DNA of 58,283 bases, from positions 1 to 58,283 of the forward strand of contig JAJYRE010000019.1 in assembly GCA_021794235.1 (NCBI GenBank), given 5' to 3'. The notes beneath the pieces were generated by a model. That model saw only the letters and a program-made list of their open reading frames with translations, did not search any database and was not told where the DNA came from. Shown in pieces: positions 10,128 through 19,737 of this stretch (position 1 is its first letter; each line of letters begins with the position of its first letter). This DNA comes from Nanobdellota archaeon. Its GTDB lineage: Archaea > Nanobdellota > Nanobdellia > Parvarchaeales > Parvarchaeaceae. The position numbers and the translations under genes were made by a program.

Positions 10128-10463
10128 ATGAAATTGAATGAACTTATTGAAGCAAAAACAGTGAAGGGGGAGAAACCGAAAGCCATATGGAGAAACCTGT
10201 ATGACACAGTTATGGAATCCAGAAAGAAGCTAAAATGCGCCGATGGCCTGGAGAACCTTAACTACAACTCAAATCTTATCTGGAGCGAATACGGGGACAA
10301 ACAGCCAGACGCCATAAAAAGATTCGTAGATTCTTCGATAAGAAAGATGGGCCTTAAGTATCACTTTAATTTTGACCCTGGCGTGGAGGAAGAAGCCAAG
10401 ATAGCGGTTTACGGCTACGCCGTTCTATATACTTCCATGCACACGGATATGAGCGGATGCTGA
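10128..10463 (+). CDS. Hypothetical protein
   Basis: ORF from ATG 10128 (MKLNELIE); no recognised domain. Confidence 0.6.
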   Translation: MKLNELIEAKTVKGEKPKAIWRNLYDTVMESRKKLKCADGLENLNYNSNLIWSEYGDKQPDAIKRFVDSSIRKMGLKYHFNFDPGVEEEAKIAVYGYAVLYTSMHTDMSGC

Positions 10464-10466
10464 TCG

Positions 10467-10967
10467 TCAGCTGTGTCTTTTTAGTACGCTTCCATACATG
10501 CTCCAAAGGTCGTTTGATGGGTCGTAATCAAACACCTTGAAACCATCCTGGCTTTTCAAAAGGTCATCGTGGAATCTGTTCAGTTCCTTGAGAGTATCTC
10601 TGTAATCTATAAGTTTCTTTTTCAAAAGTATCTCGAACATGTCCGGAGTCGACAGTTCCAGGTGCCTTTTTAGCAGTTTTATAATCGTAGGAAAAGGCTG
10701 TAGCTTTCTTACCCTAGTTTTGGTTAGTTCTTCCACCTCAGACTCCTTTTTCGCGTATACGGATTTTACGATGCGAACCTTTGTTTTTCTTTTCTTTACC
10801 AGTTTGAGCTGCTCGCATGCGGAAAGCATCGAGGCTGAAGGAGGGTTGTGTGATTTCATCCCGCTATTTATGGCTCTTATGCTTGCCTCCCCACCGTTCT
10901 CTTTAAGGAATGACAGAAACATGTGGATATCCTGCATCGATACGTTGACCGGAAATCTCCTGACCAT
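10467..10967 (-). CDS. Stand-alone AAA-associated-domain-like (winged-helix) protein
   Basis: FP-x-VS...FL-x-E-x-GG-x-A...ACEQLKLV and C-terminal FDYDP resemble the C-terminal AAA_assoc domain of nitrate/sulfonate ABC ATPases; basic protein. Confidence 0.5.
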   Translation of the reverse strand: MVRRFPVNVSMQDIHMFLSFLKENGGEASIRAINSGMKSHNPPSASMLSACEQLKLVKKRKTKVRIVKSVYAKKESEVEELTKTRVRKLQPFPTIIKLLKRHLELSTPDMFEILLKKKLIDYRDTLKELNRFHDDLLKSQDGFKVFDYDPSNDLWSMYGSVLKRHS

Positions 10968-11036
10968 ATCAATACTAGCTGTCTTCTTTATAAAAGGTTA
11001 AAACAAAGCACGGATAGATTTGTTTGATCGAGGCGG

Positions 11037-11216
11037 ATGGATAAGAAATTTTATGTGATGGTTTTACCGCCGATAGTTGCGATGTCCGTGCTTTTCGGCG
11101 CGATAACAATCTATAGTCTTGGCAGCGGGTTCTACCCTACGATATTTGCAGTATCCGTTGAAATAGCAGTATACGGAATACTTTTCTACCTGTTTTTCGG
11201 ACATACACTTTCATAG
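11037..11216 (+). CDS. Small two-TM membrane protein (59 aa, not in ORF track)
   Basis: Translated by hand: MDKKFYVMVLPPIVAMSVLFGAITIYSLGSGFYPTIFAVSVEIAVYGILFYLFFGHTLS*; preceded by gaggcgg; fills the intergenic gap. Confidence 0.65.
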   Translation: MDKKFYVMVLPPIVAMSVLFGAITIYSLGSGFYPTIFAVSVEIAVYGILFYLFFGHTLS

Positions 11217-11293
11217 CTTTTCGGACCCCGGCCGAGCGGATTTTTCAGACTTAAATACAGCCATAATCTCTAATTTTTAGGAGGTGGAACCTT

Positions 11294-11494
11294 ATGGGTG
11301 AAATAGGTAAGATAACAGAGTTTGTAAGCATTTCTAGGGTAAGCTTTGAAGATGCTATCCAGAAAGCAGCTGCACGTATCTCAAAAACCGAAGAAGACGT
11401 AAGGGGGATGAAGGTTAAGAACGTCTCCGTGAGAATGGAAGGCGGGAAGATAACCGAGTGGAGAGTAAACCTCAAGGCCTCTTCAAAGCTCTAA
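11294..11494 (+). CDS. Dodecin family flavin-binding protein
   Basis: 66 aa; KITE...S-x-x-SFEDAI...A-x-x-x-SKT...GKITEWRVNLK pattern; strong SD aggaggtg at 11279-11286. Confidence 0.85.
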   Translation: MGEIGKITEFVSISRVSFEDAIQKAAARISKTEEDVRGMKVKNVSVRMEGGKITEWRVNLKASSKL

Positions 11495-11596
11495 GCTGAT
11501 TCGTTTTAGGTTTGGATGCTGTTGAGTTCTTAGTCCTACTGCTTATCAAAAAGCCTACAAAGGTATAAATACTTTCTGGAACAAACTAACTAGTTT

Positions 11597-12175
11597 ATGG
11601 ATAAAATCAAAATAGTCGGAATAATCGGAAGCCTCAGGAAGGATTCCTACAACAAGATGCTTTTCAACGCATCCAAAGAATTGATACCTGATGGCGTGGA
11701 ACTGGTAGAGGCTAACATATCCGACCTTCCTCTTTACAACGATGACTTGATGGAAAATATTCCGGAAAGCGTAAAGAAATTCAAGAATGATATTAAGGAT
11801 GCAGATGCATTTCTGTTCGTAACACCCGAATACAACTATTCTGTGCCGGGGGTCCTGAAGAACGCCATAGACTGGGCTTCAAGACCATACGATGACAACT
11901 CACTTTACGGAAAACCGGCTGCTATGATGAGCGCATCGGTAGGCATGCTGGGCGGGGCCAGGGCGCAGTATCATCTGAGACAGAGCTTCGTGTTCCTGAA
12001 CATGTTCACAATCAACAGGCCAGAGGTCTTTATATCGTTCGCGCAGGACAAATTTGACAAAGCCGGAAACCTTACCGATGAAAAAGCCAAGGAAATAATA
12101 AGAAAGCTGTTCCTGAACCTGGTTGACCTAACGAAGATCCTAGAAAGCGGAAAGGATATATTCAACAGGATATAA
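11597..12175 (+). CDS. NAD(P)H-dependent FMN reductase (ChrR/YieF-like)
   Basis: GSLRKDSYN, TPEYNYSVPGVLKNAIDWASR, GGARAQYHLRQ. Confidence 0.93.
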   Translation: MDKIKIVGIIGSLRKDSYNKMLFNASKELIPDGVELVEANISDLPLYNDDLMENIPESVKKFKNDIKDADAFLFVTPEYNYSVPGVLKNAIDWASRPYDDNSLYGKPAAMMSASVGMLGGARAQYHLRQSFVFLNMFTINRPEVFISFAQDKFDKAGNLTDEKAKEIIRKLFLNLVDLTKILESGKDIFNRI

Positions 12176-12220
12176 TCCGATATAAAAAAGGCTTTTATTC
12201 TGTTAATTTCTTACAGAGAT

Positions 12221-12457
12221 ATGGCCCTAAATCTATTTGGAAAAAAATTTAGATGCGAAGCATGTGGAGCAAAATTCAAGACGCAGGCCGAGCTTGATGA
12301 ACATGCGAAAGTCCACCAGGCTTCTATAAGTGCACCTGTACAGACTGAAACGTCAGAGGCGCAGGAAGTGGCTATGTTTGAATGTGAAACCTGCGGACAG
12401 CAGTTTAAGACTAAGCAGGAACTCGACGATCACATGAAGACCCATAGTGCGCAGTAG
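12221..12457 (+). CDS. Small protein with two C2H2 zinc fingers
   Basis: FRCEACGAKFKTQAELDEHAKVH and FECETCGQQFKTKQELDDHMKTH match F-x-C-x2-C-x3-F-x5-L-x2-H-x3-H. Confidence 0.88.
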   Translation: MALNLFGKKFRCEACGAKFKTQAELDEHAKVHQASISAPVQTETSEAQEVAMFECETCGQQFKTKQELDDHMKTHSAQ

Positions 12458-12535
12458 CTGAAAGCACGTTTAATGTGTATATAATAACCGCCAGTATTAT
12501 CCTCTATAAACTAGTAAATTCATTCTGAGAATACA

Positions 12536-13834
12536 CTACTCGTTATCCTTGTTCCCGTATCCGGTGTGCCGTCCGTGGAATCCTCTGTTTCTTCCGAACC
12601 TGTGTCCGTTTCCGCCGTGGCTTCTGCCGTGTCCGCCCCTGTTGGAAAAACGGTGTCCGAATCCGCCGCCGTACTGGCTGCGTCTGTGAAGATCCTCAGG
12701 AGAAGGTTCAGCCGACGTTCTGTACTTCTCAACGTCAAGTTCTATCTTCTCCATCTTTATCTTGGCCATGTTTTCTATTTCCCATACCAGATATTTTTCC
12801 TTTGCTATGAATATTGTAAATGCCCTTCCGTTAGCGCCCATTCTGGCCGATCTACCGACCCTATGCACGTAAACTGCAGGGTCCTCGCTGGCATCGAAGT
12901 TGATAACATCGGAAACATCCCTTATATCCAATCCCCTTGCGGCTACGTTTGTCGCTATCAGGAACTGAGTTCCCTTACGGAAATCCGACAGAGAGTACTC
13001 TCTTCGTGATTGGCTCAGGCCGCCGTGCATAAGGACTGCGTCAAAATTGTTCTTTTTTAGTACGCTGTATATCATTTCTGCACCCCTCTGCGTCTGAGAG
13101 AAGATAATCGCCTTCTGCGGCTTGAATTCGTTTATGTATGCCAGTAGAGTCGCCAGTTTTGAACTTCTGTCGGATATTGCGTAGTAGTGTGTTATTGTAC
13201 TGACTACAACCTCCTCCTCTCCTATCTTTAGGTGAAGCGGATTCTTCATGTATTTGTTAGCTATCTCCACAACTTCCTTCGGCATAGTGGCCGAAAATAG
13301 CATGGTTTGTCTGTTCTGTGAGGTTTTTGATATTATGTATGTGATGTCGTCTATGAAACCCATATCCAGCATAATGTCTGCTTCATCAAGAACAAGGAAT
13401 TTTATCCTATCAAGGTGGAGTTCGTTTCGTTTTATCAGGTCTATAAGTCTTCCGGGTGTGCCTATCACTATATTAACGCCCCTTCTTATCTCATGTATCT
13501 GTCTCTCTATCGATGCTCCTCCGTATACTGTTGCAACCCTCAAGCCGGCGTCTGAAGACAGCTGTTTTGCGACCGTTGTGACCTGGAGGGCCAGCTCCCT
13601 CGTTGGAACTATAACTATCGCAGAAAGATAGTCCTCCCTGCCCAGATTCTGTACTATAGGTATAAGAAATGCCCCTGTTTTGCCGCTTCCAGTCTTGGAT
13701 CTTACGACTACGTCTTTTCCGGAAAGAACCTCCGGAATCGCCCTTTCCTGAACTTCTGTAGGCTTTTCAAAATTAATCTTTTTAAGTGCGGACAACAGTT
13801 CCGGCCTTAGATTCATTGATTCAAACTCTGTCAT
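12536..13834 (-). CDS. DEAD-box RNA helicase
   Basis: Q motif, TGSGKT, PTRELA, DEAD, SAT, ARGLD, HRVGRSAR; G/R/H-rich C-terminal tail. Confidence 0.96.
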   Translation of the reverse strand: MTEFESMNLRPELLSALKKINFEKPTEVQERAIPEVLSGKDVVVRSKTGSGKTGAFLIPIVQNLGREDYLSAIVIVPTRELALQVTTVAKQLSSDAGLRVATVYGGASIERQIHEIRRGVNIVIGTPGRLIDLIKRNELHLDRIKFLVLDEADIMLDMGFIDDITYIISKTSQNRQTMLFSATMPKEVVEIANKYMKNPLHLKIGEEEVVVSTITHYYAISDRSSKLATLLAYINEFKPQKAIIFSQTQRGAEMIYSVLKKNNFDAVLMHGGLSQSRREYSLSDFRKGTQFLIATNVAARGLDIRDVSDVINFDASEDPAVYVHRVGRSARMGANGRAFTIFIAKEKYLVWEIENMAKIKMEKIELDVEKYRTSAEPSPEDLHRRSQYGGGFGHRFSNRGGHGRSHGGNGHRFGRNRGFHGRHTGYGNKDNE

Positions 13835-13979
13835 GATATATCTTATAAGACACAAGAAAAATATATATTATTAATACTTATGTTCTGAATTCTTATGCTT
13901 ATCCTAGTATATATACATGATAATGGCTACTTTCCCATCCGTGTCAAAGCTATTAATACAATCCTAGTTTATCCAATAT

Positions 13980-14936
13980 ATGGCAGATATGGCAGAACCA
14001 TCTGTTCAGGCGATCGACCTGACGAAGAGGTACGGCCAGTTTACCGCCCTTTCAAAATTAAATCTGAAGATAGAAGGGTCAAAATGCGTAGGCTTCCTGG
14101 GACCCAACGGCGCCGGCAAGACCACGACACTTAAGATATTCACGGACATGATCAGACCTTCCGAAGGCAAGGCCCTTATAAACGGGATAGATGTCCACAG
14201 ACAGAAAAAGAAGGCCCTTGAGAACTGCGGGGCACTTATAGAAACCCCTGAGATATATCCATCTCTAACCGCAAAAGAGGCACTTATAATGATTGCAGAA
14301 ATAAAAGGCATTCCAAGGAAAAAAAGGGAGAGGGAGGCAGAGAGCGCACTTTCCCGAGTCAAGATGAGGGCCTGGGCCGATAAGACAGTGGGAAAATTCT
14401 CCAAAGGCATGAAGCAGAGGATCAATGTCGCGGCCGCCCTGCTAGGGGATCCGGAGGTCATTTTGCTCGATGAGCCTACGTCCGGTCTGGACCCGCGCGG
14501 CATGAGCGAGGTCAGGGATATCATAAAGAATCTCAAGCGTGAAAACAAACTGATATTCCTAAGCTCACACTTGCTCAATGAGGTTTCAGAGATATGCGAC
14601 GAAGTCGCTATGATAAATCACGGTAAACTCCTGGCTTACGGGAAGATAGAGGATATCGTCAAGAAGTTTTCAAAGGAATCTACAAACATAGTGGAAGTAT
14701 CATTCTCAAGGCCGCTTGCCAATTCCGTCCTGCATAAGATAAGAGGGATAAACGGAGTATCAAAAGTGGAAAGGTCAGGCCAAACAGATTTGAACATTAA
14801 TGTAAAGGGGGGAATACCCGGGCAGGAGAAGCTGCTTTCGAGACTTGTCTCAATGAAATGCGGAGTGATAGGGTTCAAACCGGCGTCATCGGCACTGGAA
14901 GAAACTTATCTGAATCTGTTCAAAGAGGTAACCTAG
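13980..14936 (+). CDS. ABC transporter ATP-binding protein
   Basis: GPNGAGKTT, FSKGMKQR, LLDEPTSGLDP, SSH. Confidence 0.93.
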   Translation: MADMAEPSVQAIDLTKRYGQFTALSKLNLKIEGSKCVGFLGPNGAGKTTTLKIFTDMIRPSEGKALINGIDVHRQKKKALENCGALIETPEIYPSLTAKEALIMIAEIKGIPRKKREREAESALSRVKMRAWADKTVGKFSKGMKQRINVAAALLGDPEVILLDEPTSGLDPRGMSEVRDIIKNLKRENKLIFLSSHLLNEVSEICDEVAMINHGKLLAYGKIEDIVKKFSKESTNIVEVSFSRPLANSVLHKIRGINGVSKVERSGQTDLNINVKGGIPGQEKLLSRLVSMKCGVIGFKPASSALEETYLNLFKEVT

Positions 14937-15788
14937 ATGAAAGCACAGCATACGTCAAAATCTGCGGCGAAGCTGCCGTCCGATGCGGCACAGGTTCTGA
15001 CTATAATAAAATACTTCTTCCTCGATTACTTCAGGTCCAGAAGATTTTTTGTTCTGCTCCTTATAACGATAGCAGTGGGTCTTCTGATAACAGGGGTAGT
15101 GGGATACTACAGACCCCAGAGTTTCCTTTCATCGGACCTTGCATTCCTTTCAAATTTCTGGGGCGAATGGGTTAGCTTTGTTATAGTTCTTTCGGCGGTG
15201 TTCTTCGGTGGGGACGCGATTTCGTCGGAATTTCAGAATAAGACAGGCTACTTCCTCGTCGGAAATCCGATAAGAAGATCTACAATATATATAGGAAAAT
15301 ACATAGCTGCGCTCCTTGGGTCAATAATAATCCTGCTGGTTTTCACTGCGATAACCGTCGGAAACAGCACATACTACTTCGGTTTCGGAGTCCCTTACGA
15401 ATTCTTTGAATCATTCCTGTTCTCCATAGTATACATTATCTCAGTCATGGGGCTGGCTTTCCTGTTCAGCTCCCTGTTTAAAAGCAACTCCGTCGCAATA
15501 ATAGTTACGGTTATACTGATGCTTTTTGTATTCTCACTAATCGAGACTCTGGTGGCCAATCTGGTTGTTACAGAACCGTGGTTCGTACTCACGTACGGGT
15601 CTGAGATAATACGGAACATCCTTATATCGCCCTATCCGCCAGCGCACACTTCATCCGCTCACGGCGTGCCTTTCTCAATAGCAACGTATAACGCGTCTGT
15701 TCCAGAGGGTCTAATCATAATGCTGGCATACTTTGTGGTTTCATTTATAGCGGGTCTTACAATATTCGAGAGAAAAGAATTCACTTAA
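14937..15788 (+). CDS. ABC-2 family permease
   Basis: About six TM helices; DAISSEFQNKTG...PIRR...GKY; abuts the ATPase stop codon. Confidence 0.88.
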   Translation: MKAQHTSKSAAKLPSDAAQVLTIIKYFFLDYFRSRRFFVLLLITIAVGLLITGVVGYYRPQSFLSSDLAFLSNFWGEWVSFVIVLSAVFFGGDAISSEFQNKTGYFLVGNPIRRSTIYIGKYIAALLGSIIILLVFTAITVGNSTYYFGFGVPYEFFESFLFSIVYIISVMGLAFLFSSLFKSNSVAIIVTVILMLFVFSLIETLVANLVVTEPWFVLTYGSEIIRNILISPYPPAHTSSAHGVPFSIATYNASVPEGLIIMLAYFVVSFIAGLTIFERKEFT

Positions 15789-15825
15789 CTTTTATATCCG
15801 CCGATTACTTCTAAATCTCGAAACT

Positions 15826-16992
15826 ATGGCAAAGCACGATCGCTCTGGACTTGGGTCCTTGTTTACAACGGCATCGAACTACAAAAGCGTTGAACACAGC
15901 AGCGGTACCAAGGACAGATGCCGGAGAGTAATACTTCTAGTGGATATGGATTACTTTTTCGCAGCGTGCGAAGAACTGCGTCATCCCGAATTCTCAGGCA
16001 AGCCGTTGGTTGTCGGGGCCGATCCGGAGCACGGGACCGGCAGAGGGGTCGTAAGCACATGCAATTATACCGCCAGGAAATACGGGATACACAGTGCAAT
16101 GCCAATCTCCAGCGCTTACAAACTAAAGCCGGATGCGATATTCCTTCCAGTGGATTTTAGGTATTACAATAAAGAATCCGAAAAAGTCATGAGGATACTG
16201 AGAAGTCAGTGCGACAACTTTGAACAGATTAGTGTCGACGAGGCGTTTATGGATATATCGGGCAAATTCTCCTTTTACTACGAGGCGCTGGTATTCGCCC
16301 AGAAAATCAAGGACGAAATAAGGGAGAAGACTGGTCTGCCGTGCTCTATAGGGGTGAGTTTCAACAAGTTGCTCGCTAAGATGGCCTGCGAATCCGCAAA
16401 GCCGAACGGTATAAGGCTTGTTACAGAGAAGGATAAAAAAAGGTTCCTGTCCGGAATGCCGGTGGGTGAGCTATACGGAGTCGGACAAAAAACGGCAGCT
16501 CAACTGGAAAAGTCCGGGTTCAGGACAATAGGCGATATAGCGAAAACCGATAAGCAGAAACTGATCTCGAAGTTCGGAAAGTACGGACTCTCTTTATACT
16601 TCTCTTCAAATGGCATAGACGACAGCTCTGTGGAGGAGACCCGGGACATAAAGTCGGTTAGCCGTGAGACAACTTTCAAGAAAGATACCCTGGATAAAAA
16701 AACTCTGGATAGGACAATAAAGAAACAGTCCGTGGAAATAGTAAAGGAGCTAAATCAGTCACTGCTAAAGTTCAGAACCGTGTCTATAAAGATCAGGTAT
16801 TCGGATTTCTCGGAACATATCAGAAGTATAACGCTTAAGGAGGCTCTTAACGACCATACCATACTCTCTGAAACGGCAATCAATCTCTGCAAGGAATTCT
16901 TGCAACCGGGAAAGCCGGTAAGAAAAATAGGAGTCAGGGCATCCTGTCTGAGCGATGCAAAGGGAGATATAAAGCTGACCAGTTTTCAGTGA
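15826..16992 (+). CDS. dinB: DNA polymerase IV (Y-family, DinB/Dpo4)
   Basis: VDMDYFFA, CNYTARKYGIHSAMP, SVDEAF, LAKMA..KPNG, LYGVG; PIP-box-like C-terminus KLTSF. Confidence 0.95.
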   Translation: MAKHDRSGLGSLFTTASNYKSVEHSSGTKDRCRRVILLVDMDYFFAACEELRHPEFSGKPLVVGADPEHGTGRGVVSTCNYTARKYGIHSAMPISSAYKLKPDAIFLPVDFRYYNKESEKVMRILRSQCDNFEQISVDEAFMDISGKFSFYYEALVFAQKIKDEIREKTGLPCSIGVSFNKLLAKMACESAKPNGIRLVTEKDKKRFLSGMPVGELYGVGQKTAAQLEKSGFRTIGDIAKTDKQKLISKFGKYGLSLYFSSNGIDDSSVEETRDIKSVSRETTFKKDTLDKKTLDRTIKKQSVEIVKELNQSLLKFRTVSIKIRYSDFSEHIRSITLKEALNDHTILSETAINLCKEFLQPGKPVRKIGVRASCLSDAKGDIKLTSFQ

Positions 16993-17033
16993 TCCTAAAA
17001 TATTAATACTAAATGTAGTCTTTGTTTTAAACT

Positions 17034-18281
17034 ATGGTAGACAGTTATTCGCAGCGGGTACCCAGCAAGGGGCTGCACGATCTCCACGCACACATAAGCG
17101 GAAGCGTATCTTCCAAGGATCTTTTCGATCTTATGGCCTCCAACGAAGGAAATCAGCAGTATCTGGAACGCCTCACCGCTTTAACCGGTAGTTTCTTTCC
17201 CGATTTTGCAAATTCTATCCTTACCTCCGGGTATACCGATAAACTACGACAGGAGTTTCATGAAAAATTTACATACGGCGAAGATAAGAAGCGCCTGGAT
17301 AAGGGCAACAGCTTTGTGAATATACTATCAAGATTTCCACTTATAAATTTTGTTTTGGAAAACGGAGATACAAGATCCGCAGCGGCAGAGAAGATATGTT
17401 ATACCGCCGTATCCGAAGGCGTATCCTACATCGAGCTCAGGGCTGATCCATTTTCACCCGTCAGGGCAGGCACTGCCAAAAATCCCGTTGACGTTATTAG
17501 ACAGTATGTTTCCGGTATAAAATCCGCAGTGGACAGCACGGATGGATTCGAAGCCAACCTTACCCTGTCCATCGCAAAGCAGCACTACGTCGACACCTCC
17601 GGCAGCCCGGACCAGAAAAGACTCTCAGAACTGGAGAACGGCCTTTATACCATCGCAAAGACCATAAACAGGGATGACGATCTAAGCAGATTCGTAGTCG
17701 GCCTGGACGCTGTAAACAGAGAAGTCCTCCCTCTGGGTTATCTTAAGAAATCTTTCGATTTAATGAGAGACGAGTGCGGGTTAGTATCCGTACCGCATGC
17801 AGGAGAGTCTCCGCGTAGCATCGAGGAGGGTCTGGAAAACATACTCTCATCGATTTATGACCTCGGTGCACGCAGGATAGGCCACGCACTCGCGGCCGTT
17901 GTCGATCCGTATAACTATATAGGAAAGGTAGACGATTTCGGCGTAAGATACACGGAGAAGAGGGCTGACAGAATATACGAGCTGCAGCAATTGACACTTA
18001 TGGAGATGGTATCATCCGGCGTGGCGGTTGAAACAAATCCGACGGCAAATCTGATGGTCTCCGACATGAAAAGCCTTAGAGATCATCCGGTGGACAGATT
18101 CATACGCAAAGGTATCCCAGTGGTTATAGGCACCGATGACAAGGGTATATTCGGGAAGAGCCTGGCTGAGGAGATTTACTCGATATCAAAAGCCAAAGAC
18201 TTTTCGCAGGAGACAGTTTCATCCCTCGTAGAAAACTCGAAGAAGTATTCGATCAAATCTTTGACTCCCGGCAATAGATAA
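17034..18281 (+). CDS. Adenosine/adenine deaminase family amidohydrolase
   Basis: DLHAHISGS, YIELR, PHAGE, RRIGHA, ETNPTAN and GTDD motifs all present. Confidence 0.85.
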   Translation: MVDSYSQRVPSKGLHDLHAHISGSVSSKDLFDLMASNEGNQQYLERLTALTGSFFPDFANSILTSGYTDKLRQEFHEKFTYGEDKKRLDKGNSFVNILSRFPLINFVLENGDTRSAAAEKICYTAVSEGVSYIELRADPFSPVRAGTAKNPVDVIRQYVSGIKSAVDSTDGFEANLTLSIAKQHYVDTSGSPDQKRLSELENGLYTIAKTINRDDDLSRFVVGLDAVNREVLPLGYLKKSFDLMRDECGLVSVPHAGESPRSIEEGLENILSSIYDLGARRIGHALAAVVDPYNYIGKVDDFGVRYTEKRADRIYELQQLTLMEMVSSGVAVETNPTANLMVSDMKSLRDHPVDRFIRKGIPVVIGTDDKGIFGKSLAEEIYSISKAKDFSQETVSSLVENSKKYSIKSLTPGNR

Positions 18282-18295
18282 AGCCCTATACACCG

Positions 18296-19021
18296 CTAAC
18301 CCTGGTTTTTTAATAGCCCTACCCTGAGGCGATAGCTGTTAAGGTTGGTAAGTATGGATTTTGTCCCCCTTAAGTCGCCGCTGACGTATATCTCGTCTTT
18401 GTATATGTCAATAACTCTCGGCGATATGTACGTGTCGCCTTTTCCGGCGTTCGTCTCTACGATGATTCCGTTTGCGTTGTCCGGTATGAAATACATGGTC
18501 CATTCATTTACGCTTCCGTCCGATGAGGCATCCACGCTCTTGTGCATGAACTGGTATCCCGATCCTAGCAGGTTTTCATAATAGTCCACCTTCTCTTTTT
18601 TTGTCGGCTCTGCAAACATCGTCAGGTTTTTGACGTTATCATGGCTTTTTTTTGCCCACAGGACACTGTAAAGTCTTTTCTCGAGCGTAGAGATGTCGGA
18701 TAGATAATACTGGACGGAGTCATCTACATTAAATCCGCTGAATAGGAATTTTCCCAATCTGATGCTGTCACTGTTTTTGCTGGCCAACTTAATGCTCTTT
18801 ATATTAGACAGGTTACTGTCAGGATACTCGTGCGTAGTTACTATCAAATCCATTTTACTCATGTAGTTTGTTGTGCAGGCATAATCATTTGTTGTGTAGC
18901 ATCCGGTGGCCTTGGAACTTTTGATGGAACAATTACATCCATCCCCCTGTCCGCAGAGTATGGCTTCTATTCTGGCTTTCAATGGCTCCGGAAGGGCATG
19001 GGCCGTTTCATTCTTTGCCAT
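18296..19021 (-). CDS. Hypothetical protein with Cys-rich N-terminus
   Basis: 241-aa ORF; LCGQGDGCNC...GC...AC; no recognised domain. Confidence 0.65.
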   Translation of the reverse strand: MAKNETAHALPEPLKARIEAILCGQGDGCNCSIKSSKATGCYTTNDYACTTNYMSKMDLIVTTHEYPDSNLSNIKSIKLASKNSDSIRLGKFLFSGFNVDDSVQYYLSDISTLEKRLYSVLWAKKSHDNVKNLTMFAEPTKKEKVDYYENLLGSGYQFMHKSVDASSDGSVNEWTMYFIPDNANGIIVETNAGKGDTYISPRVIDIYKDEIYVSGDLRGTKSILTNLNSYRLRVGLLKNQG

Positions 19022-19072
19022 AAATATTATTATGGCTACAACAAGTTAAATATCTTAGAATGGCTGTCTGTT

Positions 19073-19651
19073 CTATCTCCTACTGAGCCATCTCATAAAA
19101 TTTTCTATGTTTCCGCCTCTTCCTACATCCTTCTGGTATGTCTTCCACTCATCCTCATTTAGCTCTGAAACTGCTCTCGGCATGTATTTTTCATACCCGT
19201 ATATGTTCATCAGGTCAGTCCAGCCGCGTTTGTTTCCGTCTCTGACTCCATCGACTACGAATCCGTGCTCTTCAGAAGTGAAAATCTTTGGTTTTTTCAT
19301 ACCCGGCTCTATAAACGCGAGACTCGATTTAAATTCAGCCCTCCTGTCTTTTTTCCCATCCATGAGCTTCATTATCCCGTCTACGCCGACATCATACAAA
19401 ACAAATTTGACCAGTGCGCCGGGGAATCCGTTTAACGCAGGGAGTGAAAACCCCCTGTCGTCTACGAACAGTGGCGCATTAATCCTTGAAAGAGCATACA
19501 GTGCCTTGGAACTTACTACCTGCCTTACGTCTTTGTCCTGCTTCTCATACAGCTCTAATTTCCTATTCTTGATCTTTATACCGTATTTCTTACCGTATTC
19601 CCTGGCCTGCTCTAGTTTGGCCTTGTTAGTAGTTACGAATGTCACTTCCAT
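19073..19651 (-). CDS. Ham1/RdgB-family non-canonical NTP pyrophosphatase (variant)
   Basis: TTNKAKL, ELYEKQ, VDDRGF...ALNGFPG; lacks the C-terminal FG[YW]D and SHR motifs. Confidence 0.85.
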   Translation of the reverse strand: MEVTFVTTNKAKLEQAREYGKKYGIKIKNRKLELYEKQDKDVRQVVSSKALYALSRINAPLFVDDRGFSLPALNGFPGALVKFVLYDVGVDGIMKLMDGKKDRRAEFKSSLAFIEPGMKKPKIFTSEEHGFVVDGVRDGNKRGWTDLMNIYGYEKYMPRAVSELNEDEWKTYQKDVGRGGNIENFMRWLSRR

Positions 19652-19737
19652 TCTGTATTATGCCTGGATTCAGATATATATGAATTTGCGGATATGTCAA
19701 CTTTTTATACTTAAAATAAATAATCTAATCATTAGCG

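Noticed and set aside
15918-15945. Possible frameshifted dinB start (ATG 15918 is one base out of frame with RVILLVDMD)
   Set aside because: An intact in-frame ORF from 15826 with an upstream TATA-like element explains the gene without a frameshift.
17034-18281. Calling the deaminase a RADAR or CRISPR-associated defence effector
   Set aside because: There is no RdrA-like ATPase, CARF domain or cas gene nearby; it is kept only as a hypothesis.
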